From assembly GCA_030704615.1 (NCBI GenBank), contig CM060731.1, positions 78,864,001 through 78,928,000 of the forward strand: DNA of 64,000 nt, in the 5' to 3' direction. The position numbers and the translations under genes are program-made. Positions 13,690-27,454 of the stretch are shown in pieces. The DNA comes from Takakia lepidozioides. Taxonomy: Eukaryota; Plantae; Bryophyta. Every line of letters starts with the position of its first letter. Position 1 is the first letter of the stretch. The notes beneath the pieces were generated by a model. The model was not told the DNA's origin, searched no databases, and was given only the letters and a program-made list of their open reading frames with translations.

Positions 13690-13860
13690 TATATATATGT
13701 ATTTATCAGAAATTAGGTTGTGCCAATCTGAACTAAGTTGTGCCAACAACCTGGCGCCACCAACCTTGTTGGCGCCGCCTGCCTTAGTGGCGCCACAAAC
13801 CTTAACGGCACCACTAACCTTGTTGGCGCCACCTGCCTTAGTGGCGCCACCTACGCTGTT
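13690..13860. repeat. GGCGCCAC-rich repeat, inverted homolog of 1745-1850
   Basis: TGTATTTATCAGAAATTAGGTTGTGCCAATCTGAACTAA is the reverse complement of ~1799-1837; both copies carry CCAACCTTGTTGG and CCTTAGTGG subrepeats. Confidence 0.8.
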
Positions 13861-16800
13861 GAGGCCCATGTTGTCAACAAGTGGTGTGAACAACTAAGTT
13901 GATTTGTCGAGGGACGTGGTCATAGGGTATTCCTTCGTGTACCGAATGCTCGACAAATCAAAGATGAAAGCATCTAAGCATAAATTTGAAGGATCTAAGA
14001 ATCTATTAGAGAATATTTGCTGAACAAGTGGGATGAAGACATGGGCATTTGGTATTCCAACGCATACCGTTTGCCCACAAAATCAACCCTGGACAAATCA
14101 TCTACAACCACTAGTGGTTGATTTGTCGAGGGTTGTAGATGATAGTAAAATTGTCGAGCATTTGGTATTCCATATCATACAACTGTGTGAAATCAGTGTC
14201 CTTGCAATAAGTACCTACAGTGACTCGGCAAACACTTCCACCTCCATACATAGAAACATTCTACACAGCTTGCTTGTCCAATCCACTCCCATGCATCACC
14301 GCCGAATGATTCATTCCAGTATGGGGTTGCCGAGGTAGGGCCCTACCTCGGCAGGTGCGAGACGACACGATGAAGCCTGCGCGTGGGGCCCCACGCCATC
14401 TCCTCCGTCCTCTTCTGCAATATTCTTGTCACACCCTGCCTAGCCTATATCCTTCCGACAAAAAGGACCATCCAAAAAAGAATAATCCCATAACTGTTGC
14501 ACCGAACTTGCATCCCGATTTAGGTCAATCTAGGCGGCGTCGCTCAGGTGAATTTGGGCGACAGAATCTGCGGATTCCAACTTAGGGTATCGGTAACGAA
14601 TCCAGAATCCGCACTCCAGATCCAGTCATGATTCGGAATCGCCCTGCCCAATTAGAATCGGTCCACCCGCCTGCCTGTAAAGCGATTCTAATATTGTGTG
14701 GTAGTTTACTGCGGGGCGTGGCCCTCACCCGGCCTGGGCCCGCCGCTCTTAATTCCCACTCAAATTATTTACTTAAGTATCTCATGAATTACATGAAATA
14801 TTTAATTTTTATCTCAATACTGGATTTGTATTTTTTCAATATTTAGAGGGACTCATTGAGTATTATCCAATCTCCTTTTTATTTTTATTATTTTTATTTA
14901 TAAAATTTGAGAGAGATAATAAGTTTTATTAAAAAATAGAGATTAGAGAGTTTATGTGTGCGATAATCATGGTCTGAGAATAGTAACGGGACAGTAGCTG
15001 TACAGTATGGGTCACAATGAATAACTATTAGTCGTGAGTAAATACGTCCAGTTAGTGAGCTGGCTCCCACACACGTGTCAGTGGACAAGCACTCTCCACG
15101 CGGACAGTGCTACCCGCGCCACCTGATGCGGCCACTGATGGGTACAGGCACGTGGCAGTGATGGGGGTTAGTTAAGAGTAAAAAGTAAATGGAGTTAATA
15201 GTATAGTATAATAATAGGCCGTGCGTTTCTCGGGGTCTGGGCCTTTATCGTACTGTTTTGGCGTAGTCGGTGTCGGTGGAGCTCATTCGTTGGAAGTTCA
15301 TCCATCCGGAAGCAGGAGAAGAGGAGAGTAGAGTGAGAAGAGCGTTTACCCTAGGGGGGGGAGCTGCTGCCCCTATACCCTACGTTCAACCCTGCGTCAT
15401 GGCCTCCCTCGGAAGATTTACAAGTCGGGGAATTGAGAGAGGAGTTGCAGGAATCTCACACATGGTCTGCACTGACTGCAGAGATTCGTGTGGGATTCGT
15501 CCTCCAGTTTTTACTGCAAATGGCGGTCGGGAGAGATCTAGACATTCAATTGTGACTGAGAGAGAGCAGGGAGGTTGTTATGGTTGCAAACGGAGTCTAG
15601 ATCGTCGCCTGGTGTGGAGAGTTTTGGGAGGAGAGGGGGATGGTGGAAATGGTAGGGTAAGAAGGAGGCAGGAAACGGGGGAGGTTGTCGGTTTTTATTT
15701 TTGCAAAATTTGCGGGGCAGTAGTGTGTCAGAGTTGGGATTCAGAAGTCAACAATCAGCCGGTCCTACCGGACTCAAAGAACGAGAAAATTTCAAGGAAG
15801 GAGGAGTGTGTCGGGACCGGGATTGGAAGTCAACCTGCAGAGGGAAAGGAAGGGGAAGAGAGGAGTGTAGTTTGTAAAGTGATTGCGTCATAGAGACTCG
15901 AAGTTCGTACACATTGGGAGATTACATCTGTATGCATTTGCAGAGAGAAGGAATTTGTTCGCCGAGAAGCGATACTTGTGTGCAGTTGAGGCATCATGCA
16001 TTCAAGACAAAGCTTTGAGAGTATTGCGCCTGAGAATCTCATCCAACAGCTGATCTCATAAGGTGTCGAAGCCTTAAAGGCACATTGTCGTCAGGTTGTC
16101 CACCTTGCCTTTTATGTGCTTGCATTCCATTCGATCCGCTGTAGACTACTCCAGCAGGTCTCTCTCAAATCAAGTTTAAATGTGGGCTATTTACAAGAGG
16201 TGAAGTTCAGAAGGCGTCAGTTTTTACGAGTAGGATCGTATTAATAACCTCCTCCCTCACGCATCTGTTATGGTCAAGCAATCGAAGGAGTGTAGTAGCA
16301 GATTCACTTTGGTAGTCGCGGTAGGTGGTCAGTGCATTGATGGTTAGATAAGTCGGGGATTCATTCTTTTGTGTATGAGAGACAAGAGACACGTATCGAA
16401 AGTAGTTAGACCGTCTCATATGTATAGCTGTATGTATTCGAGAATAGTAGTGCTCGTGGCCGTGTGAAGAAATTGGATTCTGCAAGCACATTGCGGATAA
16501 ATTCTCGCGCTTCTAAATGGACGTCGTGTTTTGCAATTTATGACCGGGGTAAATGTGATCAGAGTAGCCATGAATTGAACCAATGAAAACCAGTAGCCTG
16601 GAAATCAGACTTCTCAAGTGTCACTCCCGGAAATCAATCTTCTCCCATTGCTTTCCCTGCCAGCGGTATATGTTATGTCTTCTTATCATGCCAATGACAT
16701 CGTCCAAATGCACATGCTTGTATTTGCTATTTCAGTTTTGTCGAGAACGGATTTGATGAATCTACAAAGTTCTGCATGTTCAACACTGGAGTAGTTTCTT

Positions 16801-17434
16801 TATCTTTCGATACAAAAAGGCTTTGGAAAGCATCTCTGACTTTCAATTGCCTGTTGTGGTTGGTAAGGCTTATGTTCAGAATTTTACATTGCATTGGAAT
16901 GACAGATGAGATCAGGGTTGCTTATGTAGTCAGTCTTTTGTTGCCAGATTGGTGTGCGTCAAGCAACACGACCGGGGCATGAAACAGGATTGAAAAGTTG
17001 ACATTGGAAGGCAAGGACCCATTGGTCATGCACTTCTATTTCTATCTTGTAAAATTGGTAAATCCTTATTTCCCCATTTTACTTTCCAGGGTAGTCATTG
17101 TTGTTCTCCTTTTCTTGTAGTTAGAGGTTTGGTCTAGTATGGCTTTATTGCCAGGAAACTGGTTGCAGTTACCTTGTATGTTTACTGGACAAAACTCCTT
17201 ATATATCGATTGAATGTTCATGCTTCCTATACAATATCCCACATCCCTATCAAATTAGTCCATAATGAGTTATCTACTGACAAGACAAACTGACTGTCAT
17301 TACCAAGTTCATAATCTGGAAGCTTTAATGAACTTACAGATGAAGACTTGGATGTGAGTATGATATTGGTGTCATTAAATCGTTGCAGCTTTTACCCCAG
17401 CTACTGCCATCACAGTCGAGGAGTGAAACTCAAA

Positions 17435-20400
17435 ATGGCAGAACGCCCAAGGTTGCTTTACATTTTAGTGCAAGATGAGGGAGAGGTGGGCAGGGATGGT
17501 GGACTGAAAGCCCCTTGTCCCCGCTACACCCGGCCCATGCTACAGAGCACCCTACAGCTCATGGGCTGCAAGCCTCGTCATGCATTCAAGGTGTGTACAT
17601 ACTTCTACTTTTTCTTGGGCTCAAACTATTTTATGGAATATGCCCAGGCTGGTGGTAAAAACAAGGGAGCCCTCTTGGATGCAGTATTTTTCAAACTTGG
17701 GTGTGATGGTATTAGCTTATGGAAGTAACAGAGGGATGGAAAGGAGGAAGTGGGTTAAGCTAGTTTGTTTTAGTAAACCCTGTGCATTATTGGAATGTGT
17801 TTTAGTACAAGATTTGTCTGCTGGTGGGGGTGACTAGGGCTCTAGACATTGTGGCAACTATCTGCTACTTGTCTGCTACTGTAATTGGAAGGAATTTTTT
17901 CCTTAAACGATGATAAAATCATAAGAGAGATGGTAACTTTGTCATACTGGAATCTTTGGTAGACTCTTTGAAGTGATTTGTTGGCTGCTTCGAATTTGGC
18001 AGATACACAATTTTGTGTGCCTACTGTAATCAGAAGGAATTTTTTCCTTATGATGGTAAAATCATAAGATAAGTGGTAACTTTGTCATGCTCGAATCTTT
18101 GGTGGGCTCTTTGAAGTGATTTGTTGGCTGCTTGGAATTTGGCAGATAAGTAATCGAGTCTTCGAGGTGATGAGGAGCGAGATACCTGCTAAGAAGATCA
18201 AAGACCATCTTTTTGAAAATGGATCAATTGGTTTGGCCCCCCTTGCAGAACAACGTAAGAAAGAGACCACCAACACTGATGAAGTTAAGGAGAGCAAAAC
18301 GTTTGACAACAATGGTCTCAAAATGAATTTAAAACCACTCAAGAAACGCTCGACAGTCACTGTGAGCAGAGAGAAATTTCTGGATGTTGTTTGTGACGGA
18401 TTGGCGCAGTACCAGTATTTGGGTCCCAAACAGCGGTCTGATCTCATGGTTGCCTGCCGGTAGGCACACCTCAATCTGTATGCTGAAGGATCTTCTTTCG
18501 TGTCCAGGAAACACATTGTTCTGGAATCTTCTTGATATGTTAGTTTTACAGAAGAGTGCTGGCTATGACCGAAAGATGTGTTGTTTATTGCCAGTAGTTT
18601 TCTCAGGCTTGTTAGGAAGTTATCCTATACACTCCTGCAACAATCTCTCTAAAAATAATTGTAGTTCAGGTTGAAGTTATCTTGAAATCATTGAACTCAA
18701 GACAGCAGTTGTTAATGAGTGATCTCATCAAGCTCTTGGGGCATGAATCAATTGAAAAAATTATATTGAAGGAAATGGACGCATGAAATTGGTTTCTTTA
18801 AAAAATGGATTTCTGCCAATTCAAAACAGCTTCTCATTCCAGGGAGAGGGGTGGGTATGGTTGGTGTAGAATTCGGGAGAAGAAGGCATCTGTGACAGTT
18901 CTACTGTGTGGGACAAGTGGTTGTGGCAAGTCAACGCTGTCATCACTGCTGGTATATTCCATCCCCCTATGTCATGTGTGCTATCAGACATTCCAATCTC
19001 CCCATCCTTACGCACTTGATTCTTATTGGAACTTTCAATTGGGTGAAACAATCACATGTTCTGGACTTTGCTTAACTGAACGGCTGCGAGGCATGCAGGC
19101 AAGTAGGCTTGGTATTACCACGGTGGTCTCTACTGACTCTGTCCGGCATATGATGCGCGGGTTTGTGAGCGAGAAGGAAAATCCATTACTCTGGGCTTCA
19201 ACTTACCATGCAGGCGAATTTCTAGACCCAGAAGCTGTGGCTGAGGCCACGGCTAAGAAGAAGGAAGCTAAGCAGGCCAGCCTTCCTCTCCACACCAATG
19301 GCTCTCATGGCTCACTCACACCCACTTTTTCTATTGAAAGTGATGGGAGCAGTGTTGCCCAAGAACTTTCAGAGCTCACCCTCAGCAATGGAAATGGCAC
19401 CCATAGTGTCAATAAGGGAAAACATGTGGACGACGAAAATGTATCCACCCTCAGATCTGAGGGCAGCGACAAACTTGAGACAGCTGAGGCCGTAGTGGGC
19501 AATAAGACCATGGCCATCCAGGGGTTCAAAGCTCAGAGTGAAATGGTGATGGATAGTCTTGATCGCTTGATCACCGCCTGGGAGGGTAAGAAGGAGTCAG
19601 TTGTGGTGGAAGGCGTGCACTTGAGTCTCAACTTTGTGGTGAGTGGGACGGACTTTCAATTTGTGGCCGGTATAAGTTCTGCTTTTGAGTTAGTTTTTAC
19701 TAAATAATACTAAGGCTTTTTATTGGACTAGAGAGGATACTTGCAGTGATTTACTGAACTCATGCCTGTATAATTTTAGTCCTCTATCCTCCTTCCACGT
19801 TTCGTGCTCTGTGCACAACTTTCCTCCTCATTGCTGTGAAGAAATACAATAACCATGGGCTTCTGAGTATCACCACCTGCCAATGGAAGCCACTGGAGAT
19901 GGCTTAATCATATGTGCAATGCCAGGAAATGGGCACAGAGAGCACTGCTTAGCTGCCAACCAAAAGGAAATGGCCAAGCTCTTCACCACCATACTAGATG
20001 GTACACCTTATCACTGTCTTTCTAACTCATCGGTGATGAGTATGGTCGGTTCACCCTCTCAGAGCTGTTTCCATGCCATCATATGAGAACTGTTTGTCTT
20101 CACTTCATTTGCCCAGTCTCTTGTGCTGAATTTCTGTAGTTCGGTTATGCAGATGGGGCTGATGAAGAAGCACCCTTCCATCATGCCATTCATGGTATAC
20201 ATATCAAATGAAGGAAAGCACTTGGAAAGATTTGCTGTGCGTGCCAAGTACATGACGCTGGACCCAGCCAGAAATAAATATGTGAAGTACATTCGCAATA
20301 TCAGGACTATTCAGGAATATCTATGTAAGCGTGCTGATAAACATCTGGTGCCTAAGGTCAATAATACGAACGTGGATAAGAGTGTGGCTGCCATTCATGC

Positions 20401-22176
20401 GACTGTGTTTAGCTGTCTCCGTCGCCGCGAAGAAGGGGAACCCCTGCTTGACCAGATTACAAATACAGTGAAGGTTGTTCACCAAGAGTATACGAAACAG
20501 TATGCGGCATCGGCTTTGGGATCCAAGGGCATGTTTCAGTTGATTCAGCGGAAAGGCTCATCTCGCAACTTGATGGCTCTGATGAATAATGATGGATCGG
20601 TTGCGAAAGCATGGCCGCTTTTGTCTGTGCAAGTTGATAAAAGACCCGCGGACTGTAATTTTGGGGACAGTGGAGTAGGCACCCCACTCTATGGACCATT
20701 GTCTGTTGGGAGGTCTGAACCTGTAAATTTGCAATTTGGAAGCCTTGGTTTGAGTGCATGGCCTGGTGATAAGGGGGGCACCAGTGAGAACGGTAGCAGT
20801 AGCCGGGATGAAGGGAGTGGGAGTACAAGTGAGCTCCTTCACCATGCATCTTCATCTGTATCTTCTCTGATGGCTGGCGATGGCCCGGAGAAAGAGGTTA
20901 ACTGGCTTCCTCTCCCTCTTTCTTTCTTTCTTTCTTTCCAATAATACGCACCTGTTCTGCCGTTTTTGTCCCCATCCCTGTTATCCTTGCAGGACTGCCT
21001 GCTAAGATTGAGATAAAGAGAGGGACAGCAGATCTTGGTTTTGAAGAAAGGAGTTGTAATGAGAACAGTGTCTATATTGACAGTTGTTGCAATGTCAGAT
21101 TATTTGTTTGGGCATTTGCTATGAAGCCCTAACTCTATCTGCTGTAGGATAGGCTGGGCATCACAATCCACTCAGGAGCTGGTTCAGGAGAGATATTTCA
21201 AGCAAGTTCAGTCTAGTATGAAAACTGTATTACAGAAGTACAGGATTTAAGGGGGGTGTTACTGTCAGGGACAGGCAGTAGGCAAGTTTAGACTGTTGAC
21301 TTGAAGAAAGCACTTTGGAGGACTATGGACTGAAAGTCAAGCACTCCTAGTGTATACCCATACTGCAATGTGCGAAGAAATTAAGCTCTGGCATGCAATT
21401 TCTCAAGAACAACCTTTTGGTCTGCTGCTACTTGCCTAATGACTGGATTACATAGTTGAACTATGTTGGTGTCTATGCTTTGAAAAGTTTCGACCGATGA
21501 GAGATATAGTAAGGAGCTAATCATCTTACCTTGTCTGATCTGCAGCATACTGAGGAAGTAGAAGTATCAGGTAGCGAGGAGGAGGTAGAAGATACCTTGG
21601 AAGGTGCTGATAGCAACGGCGAGAACAGTGACCCTGAGCTTGAGCCTGTGTTGGAAGATGATGTATGTATCTCTCTCTGAAAATCACCCTCCTTTCCTCA
21701 ATTGTCCTCTGGACCTCCTCAGGCATCTCATTCTTCTTGTATACATTACAAACAGTTTATGCACCACGTCACAGTTTTCACCCAAATATATTCAAGAGGA
21801 GTTTCCTGCAAAGAAAGAAGGATTGTTGGCATTTTACATACACATCATGTTTTGTTGACAGTTGGAAGGATCAGTTGATGAGGAGAGCGTGCATTCTGAT
21901 GACAGCGATGTGGAGTACATCGAATCAGTGGAAGGGGATGATGGTTATTGGTCCTATGATGTGGAAGAAGCTCCTCCCTCCCCCCAACTGGCCCAAACCG
22001 GCACTGATCATGCTCCATCGAATCTAGGCAAGGGTAAGGCCAGTATGACACGGTTACATTCCTTTGATAGGGCACTAGCTGGTCATGGTCAACCTCAATT
22101 ACGGAAGACACAGTCTCATAAAATATCCAGAGACACTTTCCTCAAACACTTCCCTCAAACACCCAACTCCACCTAA
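17435..22176 (+). CDS. LPA1: P-loop NTPase domain protein LPA1 homolog (2-phosphoglycerate kinase-like), multi-exon
   Basis: Approximate exons: 17435-17590 ([23 protein letters not shown]), 18145-18459, 18870-18951 (Walker [15 protein letters not shown]), 19099-19638 ([20 protein letters not shown]), 20153-20896 ([25 protein letters not shown]), 21546-21661, 21862-22176. GT-AG junctions. Confidence 0.9.
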
Positions 22177-24263
22177 TTAGACAACATTGCAGTATGCCTT
22201 CTCAAAGCACCCTGTCCTGTGTTTACATGATGAAAACATGTTTATCCTTCGGAGTCAACACAAGATTCTCAAGACCATCACAACCTTGAAGAGATCTACA
22301 ATTTTGAAAGCTTAGATAGCATTATTTTCAAGCTCACATCCCAAAGGGAGTGGAAACCCTTCTAGAGTCAAGGGAAATTTTATTATGTCAATTTGGGAAG
22401 GTGGGAGGAATTGCATGCGTAATTAGTTCAAATAGCAGATGCAGTTGAAGAATTGGCTTAGAAGGTAGGTAGGGATTCATTACTGAAGTCAGCAATGCAA
22501 GGGTTGAGATGCAACCTGGCATGCCATTGTTACAACGGTGTCCATGTGCACACTTGTATCATTGGCATATCCCTTGTTTGAACTTCTGTCCACTGAAGGA
22601 ACCTGTCTCAACACCTTTGCATATTCTCTTCTATTCTTTGTGTAATTTTGTGCAAAACTTTCATAGAGTAAAGTTGGACACAGGGAGCTGGGACTGAAAG
22701 GGAAGGGAAGGGAAGTACAGGTGACCCACCAAAAACGAAAATCTGGATGTTTGTTGTGGGGAGGTTCAAGGGTTATGTAGGACAGGGAAGGGAGCTGTAT
22801 ATGGATTTGGGGAGGGAGTACAACCTCTCGAAGGGATTGAGGATAGAGGTCTGGGTAATATTTTGAATATCTTTATCGTGGTGGGGGGGCGGGGGATTAA
22901 ATTTTCACATGATGTAAATGTGTATGTGAAGGGAGAAACACAAGGCCAGATCTCGGGCCTGTGGGGAGTTTCAAGGGTCGTGTAGGATAGGGAAGGGAGC
23001 TGTGTATGAGTTTGGGGAAGCCTCTTGCAAGGAGTACAACCGCTCAAAGGGAAGGAGGGTAGAGAGGTCTGGGTAATCTTTTGAATTTTCTTTGTGATTG
23101 GGGGTGGGGGATTAAAATGGCGGAGGATCATGATGTTTATGTTCACGAGGGGAGAAGCTGCTACTGGATGCACAGGGTTCACCATTCCACGAAGCTATGG
23201 AGTATACACGCTGACAGCATGAGCCTCCTCAAGGCAACGAACAAGGATACAGTGACATCAAGACTGCTGCAGCGGAGTACTGCTATTGGTTGCAGCGCAG
23301 GAATTTTGGTTGATCCATTAAGCTGTTATGAGCACAACACCTTTTCCACAGCTGAAATTTGCCTTTGCCAAGATACTGGTAGGTTGGCTAAGGTTTTGGT
23401 GAAGAACAAAAACCCTCAAGAGCAGATGCTGACTGTTGATCGAAGGTCTGCTGGGGCCTCTGTCTAACAATCAGAGCTTAATGGTGAAGTGTTACTCCGG
23501 TGCAAAGTTCTAGAGATACTAGTACCCAGGGGCAATGAATCACCAGTTTGCTTTGCTGGGCTCGGTGCAGCTGCCTCGCCAACCTTCAATCATTTGTCAG
23601 CAAATATTGATTTATGCCTCCAAAGCTGGGCACTGGCTTTGAAATTGAGAAACATGGAGAGCAGAATTTTGTAGATCCTCATGCATGATCAGAGAATGTA
23701 AATTCTTTCTGCAAACATTTCTGTCTGCACATCATGCATAGAAGTGCAGTCTGCTTTAATCACACATTATACAGGATGTACGTATTGATATTGTCATTTA
23801 TTCTCCAGTCGATAACTGTCTTTTGAATTTTACTGTTATGAAACCTTACTAGCTGAACACACTTGACTGTCTAGTGCATGTAAGAGAGAGAGACGAAGAG
23901 ATGATCAGCAGCATCCCCATCTGGGATGTTTAAATCTCCTTTTCTCCTAAGCACTATCGGTGGTTTCAAAATGTCTGCACAGGCTAATGGGAACTAAAAA
24001 GGAGAAATACTCATCATCTATCAGGTGCGAACCAACTCTCTATCCCCATCCCCCATCTGGATATCCAAACATATATAGTTTCAAAATACCTACATCCTCT
24101 AGTTTGACAATCATCTCTCAGCTCCAACTTGAAAACAATCCATGACGATCTGCCATCAAGAATGATAGCAAGGCTGACTTTGCCATATGCTGACAAGATT
24201 GCATAAATGCACTCACAGGGCGTCGACTCGAGAGAGATGAAGCCAGTGTAGCTGGGAGATTGA

Positions 24264-27200
24264 CTACTCCTTCAGAGACTTTTCAACATCAACTACAAAA
24301 CGATAGCGCACATCATTCTTCTCAAGGCGGGCAAGAGCTGTGTTGATATAGTCCATGGGAATCGTCTCAATCATTGGTGCCACGCCATGCTCTCCACAGA
24401 ACTCTAGCATCTCTTGTATTTGCTTTATACCTCCTACTGCACTCCCAGTGATTATCTTCATCCCTGCAACCACAGCCCGTTTATTATGAGACCAAACAAT
24501 GACTTCCACCCTCATTGTTGAGGAAAGTACCTAGTGACTCCGAAGTTTTTCAATGACTATGCAAGTGACCGAAACTAATCATCATGATATTCTCCTCTCA
24601 ATATACAGGTACGCATGGCACCCTTACCAAAAGACAAAAGGTTGACTTCTAAGCATAAAATATGGTGTCACTTCACCCGGAAGAGCTACTGCTTCCTGTA
24701 TGGAAGGACTCGAAAGTCATAAGGTACCCACACATTAGGTGGCCGGTTGACCCCACGACCCTCTTTCCATAGTGACTGGTGTGGCCTGTGCATTGAGCAC
24801 ATATTTGGGAGATCTCAACGTGACAAACAAAACAAAACACTATGTGGCTTTGAACCCTACCATTGAACCCCCGACCACTTGTAAGGCAGCCTTGAACCCT
24901 AACCATTGGGCCATCTGTTGGATGCTATACCCATACAAAGTAGTTGTTTTGCTCTAAATCTTTTGCTGACACATCACACCTCCGTCCATTCTCATGATTT
25001 GTATCTCAGATTGAGACAAGCTCAATAGAATGCAGCAATCAGACCTCAAATGATTTACATACAGCTTCAAAGCTATTAGTGTGATCATTAAAACATGCTG
25101 TTTTACCTCCAAACACAAGAAAAGGAGTGAACTTTAGCTCTTTCGCGGCACCAACCAACACAAACACTCCACCAGTCTTCAAGAGTGGGAGATACAAGTC
25201 AAGTGGATGCTCTGCTGAAGCTGTGTCGATTATAAAGTCCAAGCTATTGGCCACAGCCTACACCCACGCACCCAACCGAGCCATTATAGTAAGGACGGAG
25301 GTGCTAGTATGACGTCAGCTTCGAGGATTGTTGCAACCTTATTGCAATACAGAGCAATGAGTTCTATACCCTAGTCCCACTACAAATCAGCAGCCTCCAT
25401 TTGGATCCTCTCACAAACTAAGTGCAACGATTCATGCAGGCAGGAAGGGTAAACGGATTCTTGAGAGGAAACTGGCCTGTACACTTCTCTCTTTCTGTAG
25501 ACATTAATTAAGCAGAAAGCAATCTGTCAGTCAAGAGAAACACCTGCACTTCAGCCTTATTTGCGGTAACCAGGAAGCGGTCAGCACCAAGGACAGTAAG
25601 AGCTTCCTCCTTCTTGCGTGGTGATGTGCTGAGGACTGTGACATGGAGCCCAAACGCTTTGCCAAACTTGACAGCCATATGCCCAAGGCCTCCCAAGCCG
25701 ATTACTCCAAGGTGCTTCCCAGCCTGGTTCATGCCATGGCGCACCATGGGGCTGTATACCGTGATGCCCGCACACAACAGTGGTGCAGCAACATCTGATG
25801 CTAGGGAGTTGGGTATCTTCAACACAAACCTGGAGTGCGCCAATCATTCATCCTCTGATCAGATTCCTATTCATTCATTTTTTCGGGTTTTTACTGTTGT
25901 TCGCTTGCCTGTCTTTCAGTCCATCTTTAGCTCCAGAATACTCCCACCTTCATTTGTGTGTCTCTACACATAGCTAGCATTGACTGTCCAGCATCTCTGT
26001 TTCTCCTCTATCATAGGCCAACCCGCCCACCAGAGCCCTTCTTTGCTACTGACTGTCCTTCCTCTCCCTCTCCCCACCCCACCTTTTCGATCCTTATATC
26101 CCAAGAGAATTGATGTTCTAAACATACAGAACCTATCTGTGTAGGGCCTTCTGTATCAGAAATGTAAGCAAAAATGACTCATGGCTCAATTGAATATCAC
26201 TGTGATCCCTGCAACGGCTTAACAGCAACTGCTCCTTGATATCCCCATCGGAGTCCTTCCACCCATCGAGATTCACAAGGGAAAACCAAGAACGATTGCA
26301 AAACTAATAAGAATTCGTCAAAGCAGAGGCTACCTCTGGTGAGCAATGATGAGATTAGAAAATCCGCCTTTTGTAACAGAACCATCCACATCGATGCCAT
26401 TGAATGTACTAGTAGGATGGTTCACACAAAAATTCTCCATATCCTTGTTGCAGAACTCACAATCTTGGCATGAGTTGAGATAGAATCCAATCCCCACACG
26501 TTCACCGGCTTTGAATCGAGATGCATTGGAGCCCACCTCCGTCACTACCCCCACAACTTCATGTCTAGAGCACAAAGAGTTTGAAGTTAACATAACTAGA
26601 TTAAATAATAAAGTTGAAGCATTCCTTTGTTTCATTCTCTCCTCCTTTCTAGGAGCGACAGATATAAGAGCACACAAACAAGGAGCAGATAAAACGAAGA
26701 TTGCCCCAGGAAGCTCAAATATTCCACAAGAATAAGGACAGCTCATACCCTGGAACCATTGGATATTTGGCATCACCCAGATGATTTTGGAGCCACGACA
26801 GATCACCAGAGCAAACTCCACAATGGGTAACACGAAGTGCCACATCATCTGGCCCTAATGACCTGCACATCCCAACATGGTTCCTGAACTGTGTGAAGAA
26901 ATGAGTAGTACCCATCTTCTACTGAAACTTGAAGGGTGTCCTTTATCCTTTTCTTCAGAGTGACTAGAAGTGGAACCACGGCCACGCTCCTCACTTTTGT
27001 TTCAAGATAGAGGGCGAGAGAAGCAGAGCTGGAATCAAGCTCGTGCATTCTAGTGTAATTTCAATCCCGGCCCACACGTCACAAGTAAGAGTAGCACCAG
27101 TTCCTCACAAATAAACTCTGAATGTGACTGTTCCACGCACTGTCAAACGCCCTCACCTACCATGTCATAATGCACAGCAATATGGTAGCACCATCTTGAA

Positions 27201-27454
27201 CACTAAATATTTATTCCAGAAGGGTGTCCCCCAGGTCGAGGACCACGTGACAGCCTTCATCAATTAAGAAACCACCCCAGAAAGTTTCAGACAAGTTCAA
27301 CCCCACTATGGACGAAAATTTATTCCTGTTTGTTTGACCTCTCCGGTCAGTAAACATGATACCTGCGCTTAAATTTGTAAGGAGACAGAATCGCAGAAGA
27401 GTCATGGGCCGCCCACCCAAAGCATTCCAGTTCACCCTTCTCAGATGTCCCCAT
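24264..27454 (-). CDS. CAD: Cinnamyl alcohol dehydrogenase family (Zn-dependent MDR), six exons
   Basis: [30 protein letters not shown]; THCGVCSGD...YPMVPG|HEVVG; structural Zn motif CQDCEFC...C; [14 protein letters not shown]; [12 protein letters not shown]; C-terminal [17 protein letters not shown]. Confidence 0.93.

Noticed and set aside
15270-15893. 207-aa ORF upstream of LPA1
   Set aside because: GTG start and no motifs; more likely 5' UTR or promoter sequence.
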